Program-made: the position numbers and the translations under genes | Part shown: piece after piece, positions 27,565 through 36,949 of the stretch | Numbering within the stretch: position 1 is the stretch's first letter | Layout: each line of letters starts with the position of its first letter | The notes under the pieces: model-generated | What the model saw: only the letters and a program-made list of their open reading frames with translations | Told to the model about the DNA's origin: nothing | The model's database searches: none | NCBI GenBank assembly: GCA_040756235.1 | Contig: JBFLZG010000084.1 | Coordinates: 1-64,000, forward strand | DNA from: a bacterium | GTDB lineage: Bacteria; Desulfobacterota; DSWW01 | DNA length: 64,000 bases | Reading direction: 5' to 3'

Positions 27565-30228
27565 ATGACCCGACACTGCAGGGGAGCCCTTTTCTTGCTG
27601 CTCGCCATGCTCGTCCTGTGCGCGTCGTCCTGCTCCGACTCCGAGGACCGGGAAGGCAGCACGATCCAGGCGGAAGAGGCCGGCGAGGCCACGATCTACA
27701 GAGATTCGTTCGGGGTTCCGCACGTTTATGCGGACACCCCGGGCGCGCTCTTCTTCGGCTTCGGCTACGCCATGGCCGAGGATCGCCTGTTCCAGATGGA
27801 GTTCACGCGGCGGATCGGGGCAGGCACGCTGGCCGAGGTGCTCGGGGCCGACTACCTGCAGTACGACCAGGACGCGAGGACTTACCTGCAGCCGGACGAG
27901 TGGTTCGAGCAGAGCTACCGCGCCCTCGAGCCTGAATACCAGCTCATCTACCAGGCCTACGCGGACGGCATCAACTACTACATCGAACAGGCCAGGGAGG
28001 ATCCTTTCAAGAGGCCTTTCGAATGCATCCTGATGAAGATCGATCTCGAGCCGTTCACGACCACCGATCTGTTCAAGATCGGCCTCTTTCTTGCGGACCG
28101 ATGGGGGACCAAAGGAGGCAGCGAGCTCGAGAATCTCGCCCTCTACGAGGAATGGGTCCGGAAATACGGAGAGGAAGACGCCCGGCGACTCCTGAACGAC
28201 GTTCTCCCTCAAAACGATCCGGAAGCTTATGTCTCACTACCTGAGACGACCTTGCAGGCTGCGGGCCGGGCCGCCGGCCCTGCCCGGAGCTCATCCCGTC
28301 CGTCCGGGGCCCGGCCGGACGTCCTCAGGAGCATCGCCCGGCGCCTCGGGGACTTCGAAAGGATGCGAGACGGGTTCGTGCGCCACGCCAGCTGTGCCAT
28401 CGCGATCTCGCCCGAAAGATCCGCCAGCGGAAACGTGCTGATGACGTTGTGCACGGCCGACGGGGCGGAGGTGCACCTGAACGGCGCCGGGTTCGACGTT
28501 GCCGGCTATACGTTTCCGGGAAACCCGGCGCTGTCGGCCGGCCGCAGCACGCGCTACGTGTGGCAGACGACGGTCGGTTTCAGCGACATGATCGACACGT
28601 ACGCGGAGAAGCTCAACCCGGAGAACAGGTATCAGTACGAATACATGGGCAGTTGGCGGGACATGGAGAGAAGAACGGAGACCATCCGGGTGAGAAACCA
28701 GGCGCCGGTCGAGCTGGAGGTGTGCCGGACCGTGCATGGGCCGGTGATCGGCTGGGACCCGGAGAGCAACGTCGCTTACGCGCAGAGGCATGCCGGGTCC
28801 GAGCGGGGGCTGGCGATCGTCAGGACCCTGCTGGACATGCACCGGACCCGCTCGTTCGAGGAATTCGAACGGGCCGTGAAGACCATGGAGTTCAACGTCA
28901 ACGTGGTCTACGGCGACGACGAGGGCAATATCGCGTACTGGTTCCCCGGGCTCCATCCGGTGCGGCCCGCCCACGTGGACAGCCGCCTGCCCGCGTCGGG
29001 CACGGGCGAGGACGAGTGGCTGGGCTATATCCCTCAGGAAGAGCTGCCCTATTGCCTGAACCCGGAGCAGGGCTACCTGGTGAGCTGGAACAATCAGCCG
29101 ACCCGCACCTGGGAAGCCGGCGACTACGGACGATGGGGCAAGACCTTTCACGTGTACAAGCCGGTCGAGCTCGTGGAAGCCGACCCTTCGATCTCGTGGG
29201 ACGAGCTGCACGAGATCCACAAGCAGATCGCCCGATCCTGGGGCCACGTCGAGGACTCGGCCACGAAAAAGGATTTCTATGTTCCTCACCTCCTTGCGGC
29301 GGCCGGGGAGGGAGGCGATCCGGAGGTGCTGGAAGCGGTCTCTCACGTCCAGGAGTGGAACGGGTCCTACGAGGACGCGGACGGCGACCGGTTCTACGAC
29401 AGCGTCGGCCTGACGATTTTCAGAAAGTGGATGCCTCTGGCCGTGAAGAGAATCCTCGCGGACGAGCTCGGGGAGAGGAGCATCGAATACGGCTATGACC
29501 AGGCTCTCTTGCTGCGGGCCCTGGAGGGCGGGCAGTCGGCCTTTCCCACCGCATGGGATTTCTTCAACGGAGAGGATCGCAACGTGGTGGTGCGCGAGAC
29601 GGTGCGGGACGCCGTCGAGGAGCTCGAGGCCGAGTACGGGACCTCGGACATGTCGGCGTGGAAGCATCCGATCTTCTGGCGGGATTACACGGAAGACCCG
29701 ATGATGGGAGCTTCTGCGCTGCTCGGGTTCGTCGAGTCCGTGCCTCATCCGGGAGCGGCCGACTACACCCAGTTCATCGAGCTCAGCCGGGCCGGAACGA
29801 CGATGGAGACGATCATCCCCAGCGGAGGGCAGAGCTGGTTCATCGACCTGCTATTGAGGCCGAGCCCGCACATCAACGATCAGGCCCCGATGTGGGCCGC
29901 TTTCCAGTACAAACCGATGCACTTCGAACGGGCCGACGTCGAGGCGAACGCGGAATCGGTGAAGGAGCTGACGTATCCTCCGTCCCCTGCTTCTCCGTGC
30001 TTCATCGCAACCGCCGCTCTCGGCACGGACATGGCCGGCAAGACGGACCTTCTCAGGACGTTCAGGGACACCCGGCTGCACAGCAGCGAATGGGGCCGCC
30101 GGCTCGTCAGCGCCTACTACGAGTACAGCCCGCCCTGGGCAGACGCCATCCGCCGACACCCGTGGCTCAAGAAGATCGTGAGCGCCCTGCTCATGCCGGT
30201 CGTCGGATTCGCGTGGCTGCTCGTCTGA
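27565..30228 (+). CDS. Penicillin acylase family Ntn hydrolase with lipoprotein-like signal and CFI-box-CTERM tail
   Basis: IYRDSFGVPHVY, GYAMAEDRLFQME, SPERSASG, TVHGPV, NP..GYLVSWNN; C-terminal PCFIATAA...LRTFRD...YY..SP...hydrophobic end. Confidence 0.88.
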   Translation: MTRHCRGALFLLLAMLVLCASSCSDSEDREGSTIQAEEAGEATIYRDSFGVPHVYADTPGALFFGFGYAMAEDRLFQMEFTRRIGAGTLAEVLGADYLQYDQDARTYLQPDEWFEQSYRALEPEYQLIYQAYADGINYYIEQAREDPFKRPFECILMKIDLEPFTTTDLFKIGLFLADRWGTKGGSELENLALYEEWVRKYGEEDARRLLNDVLPQNDPEAYVSLPETTLQAAGRAAGPARSSSRPSGARPDVLRSIARRLGDFERMRDGFVRHASCAIAISPERSASGNVLMTLCTADGAEVHLNGAGFDVAGYTFPGNPALSAGRSTRYVWQTTVGFSDMIDTYAEKLNPENRYQYEYMGSWRDMERRTETIRVRNQAPVELEVCRTVHGPVIGWDPESNVAYAQRHAGSERGLAIVRTLLDMHRTRSFEEFERAVKTMEFNVNVVYGDDEGNIAYWFPGLHPVRPAHVDSRLPASGTGEDEWLGYIPQEELPYCLNPEQGYLVSWNNQPTRTWEAGDYGRWGKTFHVYKPVELVEADPSISWDELHEIHKQIARSWGHVEDSATKKDFYVPHLLAAAGEGGDPEVLEAVSHVQEWNGSYEDADGDRFYDSVGLTIFRKWMPLAVKRILADELGERSIEYGYDQALLLRALEGGQSAFPTAWDFFNGEDRNVVVRETVRDAVEELEAEYGTSDMSAWKHPIFWRDYTEDPMMGASALLGFVESVPHPGAADYTQFIELSRAGTTMETIIPSGGQSWFIDLLLRPSPHINDQAPMWAAFQYKPMHFERADVEANAESVKELTYPPSPASPCFIATAALGTDMAGKTDLLRTFRDTRLHSSEWGRRLVSAYYEYSPPWADAIRRHPWLKKIVSALLMPVVGFAWLLV

Positions 30229-30354
30229 TGGGGATCTGAGCCACCTTCCGGGGTCGCGAGCAGAAACGGAACGGAGACTGAACGGGGCTCGAACGGCCTG
30301 CGTCCGAGCCCCGGCTCCTTGATGTGGCGTTGTGCGTCTCCGCGGTAGGCGCTC

Positions 30355-30669
30355 TTACTCCTTGAAAACACCCGTGAGCCGCTGGAGAAAGCCGGGCTTT
30401 TCTTGCCTGAGGAGCATCTGCACTTCACCGTCATCCAAGTAGATCCCCAGGCACGAGGAGCACTTGTCAACCTTCACTCCCTCGAAGTCGATCTCGACCA
30501 TCACCATGCCGCACTTGGGGCAGCGCATCCAGTGCAGGTCCTTGAGCTTCTCTTTCTCCGCGGCCTGCATCTGCTTCTGCTGATCCTCCAGCAACTTCTT
30601 CTTGCGCTCGAACTCGACCTTTGCGAAATACTCGTCTTCCTTCGCCTTCCTGTCCTTCTCCACTGCCAT
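30355..30669 (-). CDS. Small Zn-ribbon protein (zf-TFIIB-like) with charged helical N-terminus
   Basis: MRCPKCG...VDKCSSCLGIYLDDGE; GGAGG RBS. Confidence 0.82.
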   Translation of the reverse strand: MAVEKDRKAKEDEYFAKVEFERKKKLLEDQQKQMQAAEKEKLKDLHWMRCPKCGMVMVEIDFEGVKVDKCSSCLGIYLDDGEVQMLLRQEKPGFLQRLTGVFKE

Positions 30670-30871
30670 GTTGCGCCTCCTTGCAGCTCGAGAGAATCCG
30701 TGCCTGAACTGATGATAGTGAAAGCAGGAAAGGTTGTAAATTTCCCGCTCGACATTTCTGCCCTCCTTTTGACATTCCGTTTCTCCTCCTTTACGATCCG
30801 CTTCCACACGGGAGGTCCTTGCGGGTCGCCCGCGAACGGTTTTCCGGCTCGATTCGGGAGGAGCGAGGGAC

Positions 30872-31495
30872 ATGAAGGAAGCAAGATGGACTTTGGTCAT
30901 GACGATGGTAACAGGCCTCCTTTTCGGCTGCGCCCACCAGGGGCCGATCCTGGTCAAAGTGGGCTACCAGGCGCCTGCAGGCATCGTCCCCGCGAAGCAC
31001 AAGATGGTGGTGGGGATCAGCCATTTTCAGGACGCTCGCGGCAAGCCCAACTCGGTCGTGGGTGTGAAATCGAAGGTGTCTACGGAGAGCCAGGAAGATC
31101 TGGTGGTGCAGGGCAGGCTCTCCGACCTGGTGACGGCCGGGTTCAAGGAGGCCCTGCAGAAGCGGGGCTACGTCGTGAAGGATGTGCCGGCCTGGCAGCC
31201 CGGGGGGGCGGTCGATGCGGCCGGGGCCGATGTCCTCCTGGGAGGCGAGATCAAGTCCCTGTGGATGGAAGTGACGTCAAAGGCGCTCAAGGTGAGATAC
31301 AAGGCCGATGTGAAGATCCTCGCCTCGACGCTCGACGTCGAGACGCAGGTGACCCGCACGCACGATCTCAACTGCGCCCAGGAGCGGGAGGACATCAAGT
31401 TCTACCCGGAATTGGTGGAGAGCCTCCTGTCCGAAGCGCTCTCCACGGCCGTCGATCAGCTCATGAAGGGCGAAGAACTCAAGAAGAGCCCCTGA
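30872..31495 (+). CDS. Lipoprotein, possibly YajG-like
   Basis: LLFGC lipobox; FQDAR...LQKRGY...LGGEIKSLW pattern. Confidence 0.7.
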   Translation: MKEARWTLVMTMVTGLLFGCAHQGPILVKVGYQAPAGIVPAKHKMVVGISHFQDARGKPNSVVGVKSKVSTESQEDLVVQGRLSDLVTAGFKEALQKRGYVVKDVPAWQPGGAVDAAGADVLLGGEIKSLWMEVTSKALKVRYKADVKILASTLDVETQVTRTHDLNCAQEREDIKFYPELVESLLSEALSTAVDQLMKGEELKKSP

Positions 31496-31575
31496 CAGGC
31501 GATTGAGAAATTTGCCGTAGTCCTGTGCCGGGGGATTGCTTCGCTTCGCTCGCAACAAGCTCCGCAGATGGGCCT

Positions 31576-33003
31576 TTATGGACAGCCTCCGTTCGCCAGA
31601 GCGATCGCCCGCATAGCCCTGGGCATCGAAGGGAAAACGGCAATCCCTTCACCCAGGAGTCGCGACCGGAAACAGCGAAGGCTCTGCTCCGTGGCCATGT
31701 CCTCGGTATCGCAGGATCGGGAATAAAGCACGACGGCCACCGGTTTCCCGCTGTCCTTTCGAGCCAGGGCCAGAGCGTCCGCGGCGGCACCGAGCCGCTC
31801 CTCGCCGATCATGTTACGGCCGAAGTTCAGGGCCAGGTCGAAGACCAGGATGTCCGTGGACCGGTTTCCTGCCGCCTCCTTCATGGACGGGCCGAAAAGG
31901 GGAAGCGGGATCAGGGGGGTGCCGATGTCCAGCGGATTGGCCACCACCGCGCCGGCTCTCTTGAGGATCTCCTTCAGCGCGGCAGCGGATCCCGGGTCGA
32001 GGGGCGGCACCTCCAGACCCTCTCCCTCGGCCAGGTCCGCGCCGTAGGTGCCTAGCCCCCCTCCGCCTCCGGCGAGCAGGAGCCGTCTGCCGGGCCTCCT
32101 GCCCAGATGCCTGAGCGCGATCAGAACGTCGAGCACTTCGTCCACGCCTGAGGCCGGGATCGCGCCCGCCTGAGCCATCGCACCCTTCCAGATCTCCGCG
32201 CTCCCGGCGAGCGAGCCCGTATGGGAGCGGACCGCCTGGCGCGAGACGGCGCTCCCGCCGACTTTCCACAGGATGACCGGCTTTCGGCCGGCTGCTTCCC
32301 TGAGGGCAGCCAGGAAGGGCCTGGCGTTCCGGACGCCCTCCAGGTAGGCGGCGATGTAGCTCGTGCGCGGGTCCCTGGCGAAGTAGCGGAGGAAGTCGGT
32401 CTCGTTGAGATCGGCACCGTTGCCGTAGCTCACCACCGCGCTGAAGTGGATGCCCAGGCTGTTGCCCATGCGAGCCACGTGGACGGAGAAGCCCCCGCTC
32501 TGTGAAAGGAATGCCGTGTCGCCGGGAGTCCTGGACAGATCGTGGCCCGGAAGCAGCGTGAGTCCGTTGCGCGCGTTGTAGATGCCGAAGCAGTTCGGGC
32601 CGATGATGCGAAAGCCCCCTTCGCGTGCGATCCGGAGAGCTTCCCCCTCCAGGGCCTCCCCCTCCGCGCCGAGCTCCCGGAATCCGGCTGCAACGACGAT
32701 CACGCCCTTGACGCCGAGCCGGCCGCAGTCCTCGAGGACGTCCATGCAGAGGTGAGCGGGAATCGTGAGGTAAACCAGGTCCGGGACCTCGGGCAGGGAA
32801 GAGAGGTCCGGGAAGGCGGGGCGGCCGAAAATCTCCTTCTCGCCGGGGTTGACGAGGTACAGGGATCCGTCGAAACCCATGGCGAGCTGGGTCAGGACGA
32901 AGACGCTCCCGAATTTTCCGGGCTTGCCGGAGGCTCCGACCACGGCCATGGAACGCGCGTTGAGAATGGAGTCGATCTGGGCGTAGTCGGAGTCCATGGG
33001 CAT
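31576..33003 (-). CDS. Acyl-CoA synthetase (NDP-forming) alpha-subunit-like CoA-binding protein
   Basis: SMAVVGAS, AAGFRE, IIGPNCFG, SQSGG, YLEG, SHTGSLAG phospho-His loop, NPLD. Confidence 0.88.
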   Translation of the reverse strand: MPMDSDYAQIDSILNARSMAVVGASGKPGKFGSVFVLTQLAMGFDGSLYLVNPGEKEIFGRPAFPDLSSLPEVPDLVYLTIPAHLCMDVLEDCGRLGVKGVIVVAAGFRELGAEGEALEGEALRIAREGGFRIIGPNCFGIYNARNGLTLLPGHDLSRTPGDTAFLSQSGGFSVHVARMGNSLGIHFSAVVSYGNGADLNETDFLRYFARDPRTSYIAAYLEGVRNARPFLAALREAAGRKPVILWKVGGSAVSRQAVRSHTGSLAGSAEIWKGAMAQAGAIPASGVDEVLDVLIALRHLGRRPGRRLLLAGGGGGLGTYGADLAEGEGLEVPPLDPGSAAALKEILKRAGAVVANPLDIGTPLIPLPLFGPSMKEAAGNRSTDILVFDLALNFGRNMIGEERLGAAADALALARKDSGKPVAVVLYSRSCDTEDMATEQSLRCFRSRLLGEGIAVFPSMPRAMRAIALANGGCP

Positions 33004-33265
33004 CCCCCTGCCGTGCTCACCGGGACAGAGTCGAATATTCTTCGGCCACCCGGGGAGAGGTTTGCGTGAGCGGGTCGATTGCGGCGAGCAACAATCAAAG
33101 GAGCAGGGCTCAAGGGTGAATCGCTGCCCTGAGACCCGCCCGGGGGTACCGGGAAAGTGCTCATGGAGCAGAGTCGATGGGCGGTACGCACGGGTGTGGG
33201 CTGCAACTCTGCGGACGGTCGCAAGCCCGGAACCCGTGAGAAGGCGGTCCGGTCCTCCCTCGGGC

Positions 33266-33565
33266 TCAGTCCGGGCTCTTCACTGTGGAGGAAGACTCTG
33301 TCTTGGGCGTAGATGCGGAATCGTCCTTGCTCGGTCCGGAGCTCGTGGAGGAGGCCGTCTTTTCCTTTTCGCTGGCCGAGGATCCCTTCCTTGCGTAATC
33401 GGTCACGTACCAGCCGGAACCCTTCAGGTGAAAGCTCGAACGGGAAATCAGCTTCCTGACCGGGCCGCCGCAGTACTTGCACGCCGGCTCGGCGCTGTCC
33501 TTGACGGACTTGAAGAGCTCGAATTCCTTACCGCAACGGCCGCACTGGTACTCGTAAATCGGCAT
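33266..33565 (-). CDS. FmdB-family zinc ribbon protein
   Basis: MPIYEYQCGRCG...CKYCGG...FHLKGSGWYVTDY, Ser-rich tail. Confidence 0.9.
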   Translation of the reverse strand: MPIYEYQCGRCGKEFELFKSVKDSAEPACKYCGGPVRKLISRSSFHLKGSGWYVTDYARKGSSASEKEKTASSTSSGPSKDDSASTPKTESSSTVKSPD

Positions 33566-33592
33566 TTTCCAGGGTCCCCTTCCCAAAAGTCT

Positions 33593-34147
33593 CTAGTTGG
33601 ACATTCCTTCGATGAGATAATCGTCGCTGAAACATTCCAGCACCAGGTCGAGCTCGGAGCTGGAAGCGGGTTTGAGCACTTGCCGGGTGATGCCGTGGAC
33701 CCTCTCCTCCTCCCTTCTCCGCTCCTCGACCGGCATGTCGAAGCTGCACTGCCCACGGTCGAAGCGGACGATGTGGATCAGCTCGTGGGCTGCGATGTAA
33801 AGCATGAGCGGACCGAACCGGATGAAGGAGGTGCCGCGCCGGATGGCGTCCAGGATCCGGTTGTCCTGCAGGCAAATGCGGTAGAAATGGAGTCCGGCCG
33901 CGGAGTCCGGAACCTTGGCGGTTCCGTACTCGTACTTGCAGAGCTGAGCGAAAACGGTCTCGTTGACCTCGTGGTCCCGCAAGTGCGCCAGGGTCTTGAC
34001 GTCGTAGCGGTGGTCCTTCCACGCCCCGGACGGAAGCCCGAAGTAGCGTCCCGCAAGTTTCTCTGCGGCCTGAAAGGCGTTCCGGGTATGGTCGATCTCT
34101 CCTGGGCCGAACATCATGCGAACGGTTCCTTCAGAGGAGCGGCTCAC
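33593..34147 (-). CDS. Hypothetical protein with HExxH motif
   Basis: LYIAAHELIHIVRF followed by EEE; same strand and closely spaced to the FmdB gene. Confidence 0.7.
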   Translation of the reverse strand: MSRSSEGTVRMMFGPGEIDHTRNAFQAAEKLAGRYFGLPSGAWKDHRYDVKTLAHLRDHEVNETVFAQLCKYEYGTAKVPDSAAGLHFYRICLQDNRILDAIRRGTSFIRFGPLMLYIAAHELIHIVRFDRGQCSFDMPVEERRREEERVHGITRQVLKPASSSELDLVLECFSDDYLIEGMSN

Positions 34148-34205
34148 ACCCTTAATCGTTTAAGACATCCGATGGCCGAAGTCAAGCCCTGGGACAGCCT
34201 CCGAC

Positions 34206-34335
34206 AGAGCCTGTCCCAGGGAATGAGTCGTACCTTGATGCAAGCCACAGTGGACCCCGGCCTTCGCCGGGGCAGGCTCCCCGGCCCCATGTCTCCCGAG
34301 CCGAACGCAGCAGATGCGCGTTTTGGGACAGCCTC
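34206..34335. mobile_element. MITE-like element, degenerate copy B
   Basis: AGAGCCTGTCCCA...TTTTGGGACAGCCTC ends; internal GATGCAAG and AACGCAGCAGATG shared with 42056. Confidence 0.6.
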
Positions 34336-34339
34336 CGGG

Positions 34340-35452
34340 CTAGCGCTCGCGCACCGGGGTCAACTTCCACTCCACATTGGACAGCTCGCGTACGCGATTG
34401 GGATCGAAGTCGCGGTCCTTGGAGTAGATCTTGTCTCCGCCAAAATTGGTCCACCGGAACTTGTACTCGTCGGAGTCGCGCTCGATTTCCTTGGTGTAGG
34501 GGTTCACGTACTCTTCCTGGCCCGTCAGGAACAGATAGCTCTCGTGCCGGATCTCGGCATGGGTCTTCTGCCGGTGCTCCACGATCTCCTGATCGATCCG
34601 CTGGATGTACTTCATGGTTTCCTGCGCCATCTGAGCTCTCTCTCCCTGGGCTCGCGTGTAGGCCGCCACCCACTGGGGGTTGAACTGAAGGGACTGGCGG
34701 ATGATGTCGACCACCGGCTTCCACTTTTCGGCTTCCGCGGCGGGGGCGCGCATGGCCAGGGTATATGAATTGCTCCACATGGCGGCCGCGCCCCGGTTGT
34801 CCACGAGGGCCGTGAGCAAGGCCTCGCGGTACGGGACGTTCGCCTCGGTGTACTCGAATACGAGCCCTCCGGCATGGAAGCCCATGGGAGGGAGCCCCAT
34901 CTGAACGGTGAAATCGTTCACGGGCTTGTAGAGCTTCCGATAGATGTCGGCGAGCTCGGGCATGTCCTGCTTCTCCACGACCTTGGCAGCGGAGGCCCTG
35001 GGGTGCAGGCGCTTGAACGTCTCCTGGAGAAACCCGTGGACGTTCGGCATCGGTTTGACTTCCATCCCCTGGTAGGAGGACCCCGGGGGGAAGAAACCTG
35101 CCGACATGGCAAACTGCGGGTTCCGCGTCATGTCCGCGTAGTTGTAACTGGGGAGCCAGCGGACGGACACCGAGCCGGCATCGTCCTTCTTCACGGTGAA
35201 GTCGCACTTCGTGTCGATGGAGTTGCCGGGCCCGTTGGCCTGGAGCGGGTCGATGGCGAACATCCCCCCCTCCGTCTTCCATCCCTTCGGCGCCAGGACG
35301 GTGAACGCCTTCTGGTTCGGCTCCCATGCCCGCTCGAACACGAGAGGGGGCTCTCCGCCACCGGGTCCTTCGGGCTCCGCCCCTGCAGACGGGGCATGGG
35401 CGGCAAAGAGGAGCACAACAAAGGCCAGGCGGAGAACGCTGCGACGGGCCAT
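34340..35452 (-). CDS. Exported hypothetical protein
   Basis: Signal peptide MARRSVLRLAFVVLLFAAHAPSAGA after GGAGG RBS; GC3-biased frame. Confidence 0.75.
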   Translation of the reverse strand: MARRSVLRLAFVVLLFAAHAPSAGAEPEGPGGGEPPLVFERAWEPNQKAFTVLAPKGWKTEGGMFAIDPLQANGPGNSIDTKCDFTVKKDDAGSVSVRWLPSYNYADMTRNPQFAMSAGFFPPGSSYQGMEVKPMPNVHGFLQETFKRLHPRASAAKVVEKQDMPELADIYRKLYKPVNDFTVQMGLPPMGFHAGGLVFEYTEANVPYREALLTALVDNRGAAAMWSNSYTLAMRAPAAEAEKWKPVVDIIRQSLQFNPQWVAAYTRAQGERAQMAQETMKYIQRIDQEIVEHRQKTHAEIRHESYLFLTGQEEYVNPYTKEIERDSDEYKFRWTNFGGDKIYSKDRDFDPNRVRELSNVEWKLTPVRER

Positions 35453-35606
35453 CAGGGACCTCCTATTCGGGATCGGAACACTTGGGCCGCTCTTCGAGCC
35501 GCATGCGGCGAGGGCTGAAAAGCGCTCCTGCTCTACATGACAGGCCGGCATTCTACTAGAAAGAGGATGCAATCGAAATCGTTGACAGCGGTGAACGGGT
35601 GCACTT

Positions 35607-35729
35607 ATGCCGCGGCGCGAAAGGCGGGCGAGCTCACGGCTCGACAGGATCAAACAGGATCTCGGATTCGAGCCTCGCTACACCTCCCGGCAGACGCTGG
35701 AGATCTTCCGCGACTGCTCTCGGGCGTGA
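35607..35729 (+). pseudogene. Possible C-terminal remnant of an NAD-dependent epimerase/dehydratase
   Basis: LDRIKQDLGFEPRYTSRQTLEIF resembles the extended-SDR C-terminal motif; in-frame stops lie immediately upstream. Confidence 0.4.
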
Positions 35730-35736
35730 TCTCCTG

Positions 35737-36903
35737 TCACTTCCCCTTTCTCTGGTCGAACCTCCGGCCGAAGAGCATGCTCGCCATGGTGATGCGGAGC
35801 ATGTTGACCGTGCCGCCTGCCACGGACCAGGCGCGTGCGTCCCGGGCCATCCTCTCCATCGGGAATTCCCGGCTGTAACCGTATCCGCCGAAAACCTGCA
35901 TGGCGGAGGCGGTCACATCCGCAGCCATCTCGTTGGCGTAACACTTGGCCATGCCAGATTCGTAGATCGAGGGAAGCCCCCGGCCGGCCCCGAGCGCGGC
36001 CCGATACACGAGCAGGCGCGCCGCGTCGAGCCTCATGGCCATGTCCACGATCGAGAACTGGACCGCCTGGAACTCGCAGATGGGCCTGCCGAAGGCGTGG
36101 CGCACCTGCGCATAGGCCTTGGCCTCTTCGACAGCGCCGCCGGCCACCCCCAGGCACATCGCGGCATTGCCGCACCGCTCGATGTCGAAGGTCAGCATGA
36201 GGCTGCCGAAATCCCCTGCCTTGACGACCACGTTTTCCCTCGGGACCCTCACGTCCTCGAAGATGAGATCGCAGGAGGGCATACCCCTGAGGCCCATGAA
36301 CTGCTCCTGCTTTCCGAAGCTGAAACCGGGAGTGCCCTTCTCGACCAGAAGCCCGCCGATCCCTCTGTATCCGGGGATGTCGCCGAACCGCGTATAGACC
36401 ATGTAGTGGCTGGCATGGCCGGCGCCAGAGATGAAGATCTTGCGTCCGTTCAGGACGTACCCGTCACCGTCCTCGACGGCCCGCGTGGTCAGGGAAGTGA
36501 GATCGGAGCCGGCCTCCGGCTCGGTCATGCACACGGAGACGCTGTTCGTCCCCTTGCAGACCGCGGGCAGGACCCTTCTCTTCTGCTGCTCGGTCCCGAA
36601 GAGATCGATGACCCGGACCGGGCCTACGTTGGACTCGAATACGGGCGACGCGATCACGGGGCTGAACTTCGCCAGCTCCTCGATCGCCAGGATCGCGTTG
36701 ATGGCCGGCTGCCCTCCCCCGCCGTACTCCGGCGAGAGCACCATTCCCAGGAGCCCCATTTGCGCGAACTTCGGTACCAGCTGGACCGGGAACTCGCCCG
36801 TGGCGTCGATGTGCCTGGCCAGGTCCTTGAACTTCTCCCGCTCTCCCATGGTGCGCAGGGTGTCAACCAGCATCTTCTGTTCGTCGCTCAAGGTGAAATC
36901 CAT
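35737..36903 (-). CDS. Acyl-CoA dehydrogenase
   Basis: MDFTLSDEQ, MTEPEAGSD, NGRKIFI, RHAFGRPI, QVFGGYGY. Confidence 0.93.
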   Translation of the reverse strand: MDFTLSDEQKMLVDTLRTMGEREKFKDLARHIDATGEFPVQLVPKFAQMGLLGMVLSPEYGGGGQPAINAILAIEELAKFSPVIASPVFESNVGPVRVIDLFGTEQQKRRVLPAVCKGTNSVSVCMTEPEAGSDLTSLTTRAVEDGDGYVLNGRKIFISGAGHASHYMVYTRFGDIPGYRGIGGLLVEKGTPGFSFGKQEQFMGLRGMPSCDLIFEDVRVPRENVVVKAGDFGSLMLTFDIERCGNAAMCLGVAGGAVEEAKAYAQVRHAFGRPICEFQAVQFSIVDMAMRLDAARLLVYRAALGAGRGLPSIYESGMAKCYANEMAADVTASAMQVFGGYGYSREFPMERMARDARAWSVAGGTVNMLRITMASMLFGRRFDQRKGK

Positions 36904-36949
36904 GGCGTGCTCCTCTTCGGGGTTCTGCCGGGCGGTGCGGTTCAGAGGG

